Under the pieces are notes generated by a model. The model saw only the letters and a list, made by a program, of their open reading frames with translations. It had not been told where the DNA came from and did not search any database. DNA of 64,000 nucleotides from an uncultured archaeon (GTDB lineage Archaea > Micrarchaeota > Micrarchaeia > Anstonellales > Bilamarchaeaceae), in NCBI GenBank assembly GCA_963734525.1, contig CAVTHI010000008.1, positions 216,450 through 280,449 on the forward strand. Reading direction: 5' to 3'. Shown piece after piece: positions 1 through 9,198 of this stretch. A program made the position numbers and the translations under genes. Numbering within the stretch: the first letter of the stretch is position 1; each line of letters begins with the position of its first letter.

Positions 1-706
1 TCAGCGTGTATGCGAGGAAGTTCAGCCTGCCTACGACATCATCCGGGTCTGAATCGAAGTGGTTGTCACCCTTGATCCAGAGAGCCTGCATCTCAACGTA
101 TGAGTTGCCTGAGTCGTCGTCCACGACTGCCTTGTCCGCAAACACGGAGAACTGCTCGCCGCCGACCTTGTACATGAACTCCTCAGTCGGCCCGATGTTT
201 CCTGTAAGGCCGTCTGTGAAGGGGTTCGCGCCTTCGGAGGTGTCTGAGCCGCCCATTTCGTATGCCTGGTCGGAGTCGCCCGCATCAGCGTTCGGCTCTC
301 TGTCGAGCAATGCCCTGTTCAGGTAGTCGCCTATCAGGTTGTTGCCCGTCCAGGTGCCCGCTGCAATCGAGCCCGGCACGGTTATCTCCAACCTTGCCTT
401 CTCGTTGCTGATGCTGCAGGTGCCCGTCGCTGCTCCGCCGCTTGGCGTGCAAGCCGCGGTTCCGGATACCTGTGCTGTCAGGGTCTGGCTCTTGTAGGTC
501 TCGCTTACCATTTTCCCGGCAATCAAGGCAGCTGCGACACCGTCGCTCGGCTGGGCCTTGCTGCCCACGACGACCTTCGCCACTGGGGCGCCGTTGTCGT
601 CGACCAGCGTCGTTGAACCGAACATAAGTCCGGCGAACGCCGCTGAACTGGCCAAGATTGTCGCACCAGCGACAATCGCGCCGATTTTTTTCAGGTTCAC
701 TTTCAT
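1..706 (-). CDS. Secreted surface (S-layer-like) protein, N-terminal 235 codons; the 3' part lies outside the window
   Basis: Absent from the ORF track (no stop in window). My translation of the minus strand from ATG 706-704 stays open to position 2: MKVNLKKIGAIVAGATILASSAAFAGLMFGSTTLVDDNGAPVAKVVVGSKAQPSDGVAAALIAGKMVSETYKSQ... The start looks like a signal peptide. GAGGTGA Shine-Dalgarno at 711-717. The VVVGS.A..DGVAAA motif is reminiscent of archaeal S-layer N-terminal domains. Confidence 0.55.
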   Translation of the reverse strand, partial: MKVNLKKIGAIVAGATILASSAAFAGLMFGSTTLVDDNGAPVAKVVVGSKAQPSDGVAAALIAGKMVSETYKSQTLTAQVSGTAACTPSGGAATGTCSISNEKARLEITVPGSIAAGTWTGNNLIGDYLNRALLDREPNADAGDSDQAYEMGGSDTSEGANPFTDGLTGNIGPTEEFMYKVGGEQFSVFADKAVVDDDSGNSYVEMQALWIKGDNHFDSDPDDVVGRLNFLAYTL

Positions 707-1009
707 TCTTTCACCTCAATTTTTTTTACACCGTCTTTCTCTCGAAGGGCCGTCGAAAAATAATTATCGACGGTGTTTGCTGTTTATGCTACGGCCCGAA
801 AACACCGGAGAGAGTTCCCTCCGGCTTAGATAGGGCACACCCTATCTCGATTCTGAGAGCATGACTGACAAAATGTTTATAAACGTTATCCCTGTCCATA
901 AACTGCAGTTTATAAATTCAAGTTTTAATTAAGACAATAATCGTAGGTAGTCTACGCTGATAAACGAAGAATTCACTGTGCCGTCGTTGCATTGATTGGC
1001 CGGACCTTC

Positions 1010-1870
1010 TTATATATCTATCGCAAGCCCGTCTATGGCGATTTCGGTCTTGGGGAATATCGCCTGGGCCTGCTCGAGCAGCAGGGCGGCGTCCGAATAC
1101 CTGGGGCTGATGTGCGTCAGCACCAGGCGGGATGCGCCCGCGCTTTTGGCAATCTTCGCGGCGCCCTCTGCGGTGCTGTGGTTGCGCTCCTTCGCTTCCT
1201 CGCCCTTGGAGGAGTCGAACGTGGCCTCGTGGACGAGGAGGTCCGCCCCCTTCGCCGCCTCGATGGTGTTCTCGTCCGGGGAGCAGTCGCCGGTGTAAAC
1301 GATTTTCCGCCCCTTCTTGGTCCAGGTGATGTCTTCCAGCCGGATTACGCCCTTCTCGGTCTTCACCCGGCCCTTCTGCTGGATTTCGCGGAACTGCGTT
1401 CCCTTGAGGCCGAGCGAATGCGCCTTGTCCTCGTGGAACTTCACCCGCTCCGCCTCCTCGAAAGCGAGCCCGTGCGAGCCGCGGCAATGCTTCACCGGAA
1501 ACGCGCTTACCGAGAATCCGCGCCCGCGATAGATTTCGCCCGCCTTAATCTTCTCGGTTTTCGCGAACGTGTATCCTTCGACGTCCAGCCCCCTGGGGAG
1601 GAAGAGCCGGACGGGCCGGGGCGAAGGCGAGGAGAGCTTGAGCGTCTCGAGGAGGCCGTAGAGGCCGAGGTAATGGTCGAGGTGCGGATGCGTTATGAAC
1701 ACAGAGCCGATGCTCCCGTAGCCGACGTGATAGCGCATGAGCTGGCGCTGCGTGCCTTCGCCGCAGTCCCAGAGCATCAGCTCGCTCTCGTATTTTATCG
1801 CAATTCCAGGCATCCCGCGCTCGATTGTCGGGGTGCTGCCGGACGTGCCGAGGAATGTGACGCGTAACAT
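1010..1870 (-). CDS. rnz: Ribonuclease Z (tRNA 3' endonuclease, metallo-beta-lactamase fold)
   Basis: 286-aa ORF. MLRVTFLGTSGSTPT start, HxHxDH motif (ITHPHLDHYLG), LLVHEATF and LVLTHISPRY motifs typical of short-form RNase Z. Confidence 0.9.
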   Translation of the reverse strand: MLRVTFLGTSGSTPTIERGMPGIAIKYESELMLWDCGEGTQRQLMRYHVGYGSIGSVFITHPHLDHYLGLYGLLETLKLSSPSPRPVRLFLPRGLDVEGYTFAKTEKIKAGEIYRGRGFSVSAFPVKHCRGSHGLAFEEAERVKFHEDKAHSLGLKGTQFREIQQKGRVKTEKGVIRLEDITWTKKGRKIVYTGDCSPDENTIEAAKGADLLVHEATFDSSKGEEAKERNHSTAEGAAKIAKSAGASRLVLTHISPRYSDAALLLEQAQAIFPKTEIAIDGLAIDI

Positions 1871-1991
1871 ACGGACAGGAATGGGGGGAATCGCTTTTTA
1901 TTTATGAGGCACATGCCGTTAAGCCCCGGGCGGATGCTGGTTCCGAAGCGGCTGCGGCATGTTTATATAAATTGCCGGAGTCGGCTTCTTC

Positions 1992-2765
1992 ATGCCACAG
2001 AATTTTTTCATCACAGGACTGCCTAAGGCGGGTAAGACAATGTTGCTGAGGAGGCTCATAAAAGCCCTGAAGGCCCAGGGCCTGAAAGTGGGCGGCCTTA
2101 TAAGCCCGGAGGAGACGCACCACGGGACGAGGACGGGCTTCTTCGTCAAGGACATCGGCACCGGCAGGATAGCCAGGCTCGCGGACCTGGATGCAGACGG
2201 GCCGAAAGTCAGCAAATACCACGTGGACGTCAAATCTTTCGAGAGCGTCGCGGTGCCGGCGATGGAGGGCTTCGAAGGCTACGACGTCGTCGTAATAGAC
2301 GAGGTCGGCCCGATGGAGCTCAAAAGCGCGAAGTTCGCCGACCTTCTCGACCGCATACTCGAATCAGACACGCCGCTGATAGCGTCGCTCCATGAGGACT
2401 TCGCCCCGAAATACGTCGTCAACGGGGACGTCATACTCCTTGCCGAGAACAACCGCGAGGCGGTCTATGACGAGCTCATGGAGAGCATAAGGAGCATCGG
2501 CAAAAAAACGGCGAAGAAGAAGGCCAAGCCGGAGCCCGCTAAAGCCGCGAAGAAAACAGCGGCCAAAGCGGAAAAGAAAGCCGCCGGGAAACCCGCCGCG
2601 GCGAAGAAGGAGAAGAAACCGGAAAGGAAGGCCGCCGCGCCCAAGGTTGCGCAGATGAAGGGGGAAAAGAAAGCGGCAGGGAAGAAACCCGGGCCGAAAA
2701 AAGAGGAGAGGAAGGGCGAGAAGAAGGGATTCTTCCACCACATAAAGGACCTTTTGCACGGCTGA
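1992..2765 (+). CDS. THEP1-like nucleoside-triphosphatase with long Lys/Ala-rich C-terminal tail
   Basis: Walker A FITGLPKAGKT, Walker B VVVIDEVGPMEL, SKYHVD motif. The last ~95 codons are AKK/KKE low complexity. Confidence 0.75.
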   Translation: MPQNFFITGLPKAGKTMLLRRLIKALKAQGLKVGGLISPEETHHGTRTGFFVKDIGTGRIARLADLDADGPKVSKYHVDVKSFESVAVPAMEGFEGYDVVVIDEVGPMELKSAKFADLLDRILESDTPLIASLHEDFAPKYVVNGDVILLAENNREAVYDELMESIRSIGKKTAKKKAKPEPAKAAKKTAAKAEKKAAGKPAAAKKEKKPERKAAAPKVAQMKGEKKAAGKKPGPKKEERKGEKKGFFHHIKDLLHG

Positions 2766-2782
2766 TGTTTCCAGCCGCCGCA

Positions 2783-3421
2783 TCATTTTCTCTTTCTGCT
2801 CTTTGTCTTGTTTTTTGTTTCGCTTTTCCCTACGTTCATCTTCCTGCCTTTCGCTTGCCGCTTCCCCCATTCGACTATGAGCGCGTGGTACTCCTTGAAG
2901 AGCCGGACGTCCTGCGGGAGCGAGGACTCGAAGAACGAGCGGTAGTCGTCGTAATCCTTCCCTTCGAATAGGCGGTGGTGCGCGCAGAAGCGGCGAGTGT
3001 ACGAGTCGATTACGAAATAGGGGAGGCCGTAGGCATAGAGGAGAATCGAGTCCGCGGTCTCCTTCCCCACGCCCTTGATGCTTAGAAGCTCCTCGCGCGA
3101 CGGCATCGACCCGCGCTTTTCTATCTCGACGAATTTCCCGGTGAGCACCCTCAGGCGCACGGCCTTCTGCCGGAAGAAGCCGCAGGGACGGATGAGGGTT
3201 TCGAGTTCCGCGTTCCGGGTTTCGAGGATAGCCTCGGGCGACATCTTGCCTGCGGATTTCAGGTTCGCGATGGCCTTCTCGACGTTCCTCCAGTTCGTGT
3301 TCTGGGTGAGGAGCGCGCCTGCGACGACCTCGAACTGCGTTTCGGCTGGCCACCAATGCTGCGGCCCGTATTCGGCAAGCAAAGTGCGGTAGAGCGCGGC
3401 GGCCTTGTTCGCCTTGTCCAT
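2783..3421 (-). CDS. Endonuclease III-related HhH-GPD family protein with short basic tail
   Basis: WWPAETQFEVVAGALLTQNTNW, helix-hairpin-helix LLSIKGVGKETADSILLYA, VIDSYTRR. Lys/Arg-rich C-terminus. Confidence 0.8.
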   Translation of the reverse strand: MDKANKAAALYRTLLAEYGPQHWWPAETQFEVVAGALLTQNTNWRNVEKAIANLKSAGKMSPEAILETRNAELETLIRPCGFFRQKAVRLRVLTGKFVEIEKRGSMPSREELLSIKGVGKETADSILLYAYGLPYFVIDSYTRRFCAHHRLFEGKDYDDYRSFFESSLPQDVRLFKEYHALIVEWGKRQAKGRKMNVGKSETKNKTKSRKRK

Positions 3422-3455
3422 GGGATGATTCTGCGCCCCAGGGTTAAATAAAGAA

Positions 3456-4814
3456 TCAGAACAGCAGTTCGGGCGTCATGTCCTTCCTCTGGTGGACGTA
3501 CTCTTCGCGCAGGCTCTCGAGGATGCCCTCCAGGTCCGGCGCGGAGATTCCCAGGCCGAGGACCACGTCGCGCAGCTCGTGCAGGTGCTCCCTCGAGTCC
3601 GGCGAGGTCGGAAGCGGAATCAATGGCACGACGCCCTTGGCTTCGAGCCCGGCGGCCTCTTTCTCAAGGCCGATGAGCGCCTTCGCGCTGGAGAGGGCTT
3701 TTGCAAGCTCCTGCCCCGTGGCTATCGGGTCGAGCTCGCGCTTCACCCGGCGGATGAAATAGAGCATGTCCGGCTTCTGCAGCGGAAGCGCGCTGAACCC
3801 GAATCCGCGCCCGAGGAGTATGAGCCTCGACGCGAAATCCACGCTCAGCGGGATTTTTTTCGTGGAGAAAAGGATGTATGACGGCTGGTGGCCGAACAGC
3901 GCGGCGGAATAGAGGAGTATGTGCATCTCCCTGCGCTTTTCCGCCTTCACCGACGAGCGCCCGAGGGCCATCACGCCGTTTTCAAGCATGTGGCCGTCCA
4001 TCGCCCCGACCATCTTTCCCGAGCGGTCCTTCATGCAGACGATGAAATATCCCTGCGCGTCCTCGTGCGCGTCCTTGCCTGATTTCGACAGCGCTATCAT
4101 GGCTTCGTGGTATTCGGGACAGCCGCGGGCGAGCGAGAAGAACGCGAGCCCCTCCTCGAATATCGCGCGCCGGAGGCGCAGGCGGTCCTCCCATTCCGGA
4201 AGCATGTCGAGCGCGGGATTTAGCGGGACCGCGAGCGGCCCGTCGTCATGGCGGCTCGCATCGATGTGCGGAGGCGGGGATGGCGGCACAGGCTGCATAG
4301 GCGGCACGGGCTTCGCAACAGGCTGTACCGGCGGCGCTATGGCGGCGGCTTTCGGAGCAGGTGGGACGTTTGCGAGGGGGATTGCGGGGGCGACGACCAT
4401 CGGCGCTTTCTTTTCTTCGATGACAAGAAGCTGGTTCTGCGGCACTGCCGGCTTTTCCTTTTCCGGCGCCTGCACCTTGGTCTTGGCGGGTTTTTTCGGC
4501 TGTTTGAAAGCGCGCTTTTGCGCGGCAGGCTGTTTTACCGCGGCGCGGGCTTTCATCACTGGTCGGACGGTTTTTTTCCTGACGGCTTTTGCGGCCGGCT
4601 TTTTCCGGGCGGATGCCGGCCGGGCTTTTTTCATCGCGGCGGATTTTTTGGGCGCCTTCTTGGCCGCGGCCTTTTTCATCACCGGGGTTTTCTTCTGCGC
4701 CGCCTTTTTCGGCGCCGACTTCGCCTTGGCTGGCTTCGGGGATTTTTTCGAATAGGACTTCACAGGTTTCGGCCTGGTTTTTTTTGCCGGGGCCTTCCTG
4801 GCGGCTTTTGCCAT
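3456..4814 (-). CDS. Hypothetical protein: ~130-codon Lys/Ala/Pro-rich (histone H1-like) N-terminus, Pro-rich linker, globular C-terminal domain of unknown family
   Basis: 452-aa ORF with an AKKAPKK-type N-terminus. The C-terminal half is non-repetitive (GYFIVCMKDRSGKMVGAMDGHMLENGV...). Competing plus-strand ORFs are Gly/Arg/Phe junk. Confidence 0.6.
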   Translation of the reverse strand: MAKAARKAPAKKTRPKPVKSYSKKSPKPAKAKSAPKKAAQKKTPVMKKAAAKKAPKKSAAMKKARPASARKKPAAKAVRKKTVRPVMKARAAVKQPAAQKRAFKQPKKPAKTKVQAPEKEKPAVPQNQLLVIEEKKAPMVVAPAIPLANVPPAPKAAAIAPPVQPVAKPVPPMQPVPPSPPPHIDASRHDDGPLAVPLNPALDMLPEWEDRLRLRRAIFEEGLAFFSLARGCPEYHEAMIALSKSGKDAHEDAQGYFIVCMKDRSGKMVGAMDGHMLENGVMALGRSSVKAEKRREMHILLYSAALFGHQPSYILFSTKKIPLSVDFASRLILLGRGFGFSALPLQKPDMLYFIRRVKRELDPIATGQELAKALSSAKALIGLEKEAAGLEAKGVVPLIPLPTSPDSREHLHELRDVVLGLGISAPDLEGILESLREEYVHQRKDMTPELLF

Positions 4815-4844
4815 GCATAGGAAAAGAAGTCAAGGGATATAAAT

Positions 4845-5345
4845 CTACTGAGAAGCGAGCCTTGAGAGGACGTCCGCCGCCTTGCGGAGAAGCGCGAAGT
4901 CGTTCGGCGGGTATGGGTCGATGCAGTTCACGGCGCCGGATTCGAGGAGCGGCTCCGCGGCCCGGATTACCGAGCCCACATACGCGCAGAGTATGACCGC
5001 GCATTTGGGATTCGCCTGCCGGAACGATTCCAGCGCGCTGACGAGTTCGGGCGTCCTCTGCTCGAAATATCGCGAACTCCGCAGGATGAGTATGTCGGCC
5101 TCAATCGGCGCCTTGGCGAGGAATTCCTCGGTCGTGACGGGACGGCTCTTCTCGCCGGCGCCGCATTGTTCGAAAACGGAGTATCTCAGGACCGTGGATT
5201 CCATCTGGAAATCCCGGCCGTCCGTGACGAACACTATCGTCTTGCCCCGGACCGCATTGCCCAGCAGCTCGCGGCTCTGCTCAAGGTCGCCGAAAACGCC
5301 CTTGCGCTCGGGCGCACGTGTGCTGAAGTATCTCTGCCCGGCCAT
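4845..5345 (-). CDS. Hypothetical protein, receiver/flavodoxin-like pattern lacking the acceptor Asp (paralog 1)
   Basis: 166 aa. Alignable with the upstream neighbour (GKTIVFVTDGRD..., ADILILRSSRYFEQ, NPKCAVILCAY). Its start abuts the upstream stop. Confidence 0.55.
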   Translation of the reverse strand: MAGQRYFSTRAPERKGVFGDLEQSRELLGNAVRGKTIVFVTDGRDFQMESTVLRYSVFEQCGAGEKSRPVTTEEFLAKAPIEADILILRSSRYFEQRTPELVSALESFRQANPKCAVILCAYVGSVIRAAEPLLESGAVNCIDPYPPNDFALLRKAADVLSRLASQ

Positions 5346-5828
5346 TTATTTTTCACCCTCCATCCGCATCCTGGCCGCTTCCACAATCGTGCGAAGGTCG
5401 TTGCTGACTATGGAATCGTCAAGGACGTCCACGAGCCTGCTTTCGGCCAGCGGCGCTGCGAACCTGAACACGGAGGGGTCGAATGCGACCAGGATGATGA
5501 CCGCCTCAGGGTTGTCCCGCCTCAGGCGCTCGAGCGCGGATTTCAGCTTGTCCAGGTCATAAGCGAACTCCCTGGAGCTCCTAAGCAGGATGAAATCCGC
5601 CTTTGCCGAGCCGCCGGAAAAAAGTTCGGAGTATTTGATGACCTGGCCCTTAGCCCCGAGGACATCGAAAACCGTGTGCTGGAGCAGCATGGATTCGATG
5701 TCGTGGTCGCAACCGTCCACGAAGATGGCTATGCTCTTCCCCCGGAACGCGTTCAGGTGCCCCTCGTCCAATACGCCGCCGAATTTGCCCGCGGGCTTGC
5801 CATCCTGCCGGGTCGTCCTCCGCCTCAT
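5346..5828 (-). CDS. Hypothetical protein, receiver/flavodoxin-like pattern (paralog 2)
   Basis: 160 aa with GKSIAIFVDGCDHD, ADFILLRSSREFAY and NPEAVIILVAF motifs. Tandem with 4845-5345. Confidence 0.55.
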   Translation of the reverse strand: MRRRTTRQDGKPAGKFGGVLDEGHLNAFRGKSIAIFVDGCDHDIESMLLQHTVFDVLGAKGQVIKYSELFSGGSAKADFILLRSSREFAYDLDKLKSALERLRRDNPEAVIILVAFDPSVFRFAAPLAESRLVDVLDDSIVSNDLRTIVEAARMRMEGEK

Positions 5829-5905
5829 CCAATCACATTATAGAAGTTGGAAAGAAATGTTTATAACAGATGCTCTTTTAAGACGTTGCAGGCAAATCAT
5901 GATAT

Positions 5906-6487
5906 ATGTCGCAGGCAAGGGTGGAGCAGGACGACAACGTGACCATAGTCCATACCAAGATTCCCGATGCGGTCGTTACCAGCATAACGGTCAAATCCCT
6001 CGAGCAGGTGCACCAGACGGTCCGCCTTTCGAGCCAGTCCGAAGCGTACCTCCGGAGGATGGGCTACAGCCAGAAATTCTGCGATGCGCTCGTATTGCTG
6101 CTCAACTCCATGACGAACACGGTCATCAACACGGCATCGAATGAGGAGGCGCTCAGGAGGCAGCGGGGACCGCGCGACCCGAACATGGATTATTCCCGCC
6201 CTGAGCAGCCCGAAAGGATGCAGATGCCCACGAACCTCCGCGAGGCGTACATGTTCCTCGGCGAAGGGCGCGACGCGCTCCTGATGCCCAATTACGGGCC
6301 GTATTTCCCGAACACGACGCAGTATCCGGACATCTACAAGGCGTTCGCCTCGCCCGAGGGGCAGAGGTTCATGAACAGGTACGTCGTGACCGGATGGGTG
6401 AGGCAGGACCCTGCGACGCAGGAATGGATAGTCGCGCCCCCGGCCCCGCTCGCGCAGATAACCCCTGCAAGGACCGCAGAACGATGA
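5906..6487 (+). CDS. Hypothetical protein
   Basis: 193-aa ORF of normal composition, no motif recognised. The antisense ORF 5897-6559 is Arg/Pro-rich. Confidence 0.5.
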   Translation: MSQARVEQDDNVTIVHTKIPDAVVTSITVKSLEQVHQTVRLSSQSEAYLRRMGYSQKFCDALVLLLNSMTNTVINTASNEEALRRQRGPRDPNMDYSRPEQPERMQMPTNLREAYMFLGEGRDALLMPNYGPYFPNTTQYPDIYKAFASPEGQRFMNRYVVTGWVRQDPATQEWIVAPPAPLAQITPARTAER

Positions 6488-6570
6488 GAGGAGCGCGCTT
6501 ATTCTTTGCATCCGCGGGATGCCACCGGCATAAGAGGCATTAAAAACACATTTTTCCATTAATAATAAAC

Positions 6571-7113
6571 ATGGAGAGGACAGCCCGCACCAAGGAACGC
6601 TACCTGCGCCTGATGAAAGTCAGCGATGCCGCACGGGGCGCCAACTCATTCGGGCTTTTCCGCACAGGGAACGGCCTCGAGAGGATACAGCGCGAGCTCG
6701 CCCACTTCCCCACGCTTCCGGATAAAATCCGCCCGCAGAGGGCTGAGAGGATAATCGAGCATGTGGAAAAGGCTGAAGCGCGGCTCGAAGACGAGCATTC
6801 GGACGTCGGCCTCGCGCACAATGTCAAGGGAAGGGGGAGGCGCGGGCTGGTGGTGTCATGCGTGCTGTTCGCCGCGCAAGTGGCAACTGCTTTCGTTACC
6901 GTGCTAAAACCATGGTTCACCCCGGATTTTCTGGAGAAATACCATCCGACCTCGATTGCCGGCCTCGCGATTCTCGCGCTCGCCGCATTCCCGATACGGG
7001 ACTTCCTGTTCGTTTACCGGTTCGGGAAGCTGAAGGAGAAGATAGGCACCGTGCTCGAGGAAATCAAGGCGGACATGCGGAAGGAACGCGACAAGAAGGA
7101 CGTTGGTAATTAG
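6571..7113 (+). CDS. Hypothetical membrane protein (two predicted TM helices)
   Basis: 180 aa with hydrophobic stretches LVVSCVLFAAQVATAFVTVL and IAGLAILALAAFPIRDFLFV. Confidence 0.5.
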   Translation: MERTARTKERYLRLMKVSDAARGANSFGLFRTGNGLERIQRELAHFPTLPDKIRPQRAERIIEHVEKAEARLEDEHSDVGLAHNVKGRGRRGLVVSCVLFAAQVATAFVTVLKPWFTPDFLEKYHPTSIAGLAILALAAFPIRDFLFVYRFGKLKEKIGTVLEEIKADMRKERDKKDVGN

Positions 7114-7136
7114 AACCTATCCGGGCAAATTTTCCC

Positions 7137-7763
7137 ATGGCGGAATCCTTCAAGGCATTCATCGCGCGGCTTTTCAAGGCGATTAAAAACGGGGATACGG
7201 CGGTCCTCAAGGCGGTTTATCTCGACTGGTTCGAGTCTTCCGCGGTCATGCCGGACAGGGGATTCGAGGATTTCATAGCCGCCGCGCTCCCGGACCTTAG
7301 GCAGCTGCCGGCGAACAAGCTTGCGAGCGAGGAAAGCTTCGACGATTTCTGCATCGCGCATTTCAAGGGCAGGGACGGCTCGGAGTTGTCTCTCACATTC
7401 AGGAAGAAAGGCGATTCGTTCATATTTTTCAACGAGAGGTCGGGCTTCGCGGCGTTCAGCAAGGTGTACGCGCTGAACTACGTCCTCGACGGCGGGAAGC
7501 TCCGGGTGCTCTTCAACGGGAAGCGGTCGCCGATTATCCATGAAATCGAATCCTCCGGCTTCGTCAGCTTCATCAACTCGGCGCTGAAAGTTGGCGCGAA
7601 CGAGATTACGCTGGAGCCGGTCGAAGCGGGCAAGAGCGTCAAGGCGTCGATAAGGATAAGCAGCGGCGCTGAAGGGGAGATAATGGAGAGCGCGGCGGGC
7701 GACGTCCTGAGCTGGGATGGAAATGTGAGCGCGCCTGTGACGCTGAAGTTCGATGCGAAATGA
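7137..7763 (+). CDS. Hypothetical protein
   Basis: 208-aa ORF with balanced composition and no recognised motif. Confidence 0.55.
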   Translation: MAESFKAFIARLFKAIKNGDTAVLKAVYLDWFESSAVMPDRGFEDFIAAALPDLRQLPANKLASEESFDDFCIAHFKGRDGSELSLTFRKKGDSFIFFNERSGFAAFSKVYALNYVLDGGKLRVLFNGKRSPIIHEIESSGFVSFINSALKVGANEITLEPVEAGKSVKASIRISSGAEGEIMESAAGDVLSWDGNVSAPVTLKFDAK

Positions 7764-8921
7764 TTATGCCAGTTGCCGCGGGGCTTCCTCATGGGGCGGC
7801 GTGTTTTGCCGCCCGCCCGGAGGCGGCGCCTGGACAATCCCGTTAGCCCGGTTTATCGCATCTATCGCCTGCTGCATCGCCATTTGGACGGAAGCATTGG
7901 TTTCTCTTGATAATGCGGCCCGCAGGGGAGCCATGGCGTTCATATCCCCGATTCTTCCAAGCGACTGCGCGGCAAGAGTCCTTACCGAAGGGTCCGTGTT
8001 GGGCAGGCATAGGAGCAATGCCGAGATGGAGGCGGGCCCGCCGATAGTGCTGAGGATTATCGCGGCGGAACCCTTAATCGCGGGGTCGGGATCTACTTGA
8101 AGGGCACGGCCAACCGAGGAAATCAGGCCCCGGTCGTTGGTCTGCAAAGCCGTAGCGCCCAGCAATCCGAGCGCGTCCGAACGGACGAAGCGGTCGGGGT
8201 CTGTATCAACGACCCGGCCCAGCATCTGCCCGACTTGGATTTTTTCAGCCCTTCCGAGGTTCCGGATATCCCCCAGCGCATCAATGACGACCATACGGAC
8301 GTTTGAGTCCGGATCCCAAAGCCCGTTCAGGAGGGGCTGCAATACGGCTGCGTTCTGGTTGCTGTTTCGGATATCCACGAGCCCGCGCGCTGCAGAATAC
8401 CTGACTGCGGAGGACGTGTCATGGCCTAATGCAATAGACAGGGGTTGCAAAACATTGGCTCCGCCGATTGACCCGAGCGCCCTTGCGGCGGATGCCCGCA
8501 CGGTCTCTTCAGTATCAGTTGAAAGCAAGCCGAGCAATGGGGCCACTGCGCTCTGCTCCCTCAGCCCGCCCAGGACATAAGCCGCTGTTTCCCTGGTTGT
8601 TGCATCGGAGCTGGAAAGGGACGCGATTAATGAGGGGACCATGCTCCTGTCCCCGATGCTTATCAAGGCATCCGCGGCGGCCCGCCTCAGCTGCGCATCC
8701 GGGTTCGCAAGAAGGCTTGTAAGCGCCGGGACGGCAGGGACGGCCCCGGCATTCCCCAACTGCCCGGCCGCGCTGATTTGCGATGCGATATGCGCGTTAA
8801 ACGCTGCCGTGTATGAGGAAATGTTTTTTCCCGGGGATGCTGGAGGGATTGCGGGGGGTGGGGTAATCAGGATTTGAATCAGCTGTTCCATCTCGTCCTT
8901 CTTCATCGGTGCGCCTGCCAT
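7764..8921 (-). CDS. HEAT-repeat (PBS-lyase-type) protein
   Basis: Repeated ~31-aa units of the form AVPALTSLLANPDAQLRRAAADALISIGD / AVAPLLGLLSTDTEETVRASAARALGSIG across 385 aa. Confidence 0.8.
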   Translation of the reverse strand: MAGAPMKKDEMEQLIQILITPPPAIPPASPGKNISSYTAAFNAHIASQISAAGQLGNAGAVPAVPALTSLLANPDAQLRRAAADALISIGDRSMVPSLIASLSSSDATTRETAAYVLGGLREQSAVAPLLGLLSTDTEETVRASAARALGSIGGANVLQPLSIALGHDTSSAVRYSAARGLVDIRNSNQNAAVLQPLLNGLWDPDSNVRMVVIDALGDIRNLGRAEKIQVGQMLGRVVDTDPDRFVRSDALGLLGATALQTNDRGLISSVGRALQVDPDPAIKGSAAIILSTIGGPASISALLLCLPNTDPSVRTLAAQSLGRIGDMNAMAPLRAALSRETNASVQMAMQQAIDAINRANGIVQAPPPGGRQNTPPHEEAPRQLA

Positions 8922-9007
8922 GAATTATTAACATTCCGAATATTTTCAAATGGCGGGGATGAAATAGAATAATTTTATCAGGACGGGAATCATCAAAAAA
9001 AGGGATT

Positions 9008-9129
9008 TGGGCCCGCGCGGAATCGAACCGCGAATCTCCCGCGTGTGAGGCGGACGTCATAACCAATGTCGCACTCTTTCTGGTGCAGCTCTTTAGGCAT
9101 CCCGAAAGAGGTGCTTCGACTACGAGCCC
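9008..9129 (-). tRNA. tRNA-Val (anticodon CAC) with a ~47-nt intron in the D-arm (about 9070-9116)
   Basis: Hand-folded cloverleaf. Acceptor GGGCUCG/CGGGCCC, T-arm CGCGG-UUCGAUU-CCGCG, anticodon arm UCCGC-CUCACAC-GCGGG (CAC at 9047-9045), D-arm GUCG-ACAUUGGUUA-UGAC only after removing 47 nt. No encoded CCA. Confidence 0.75.
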
Positions 9130-9198
9130 TTCAAATAAGCGAAACAGTATCGTTGGAAAGGATTTTTATATTATTCCGAGGCACTTCATCAGTCACAC

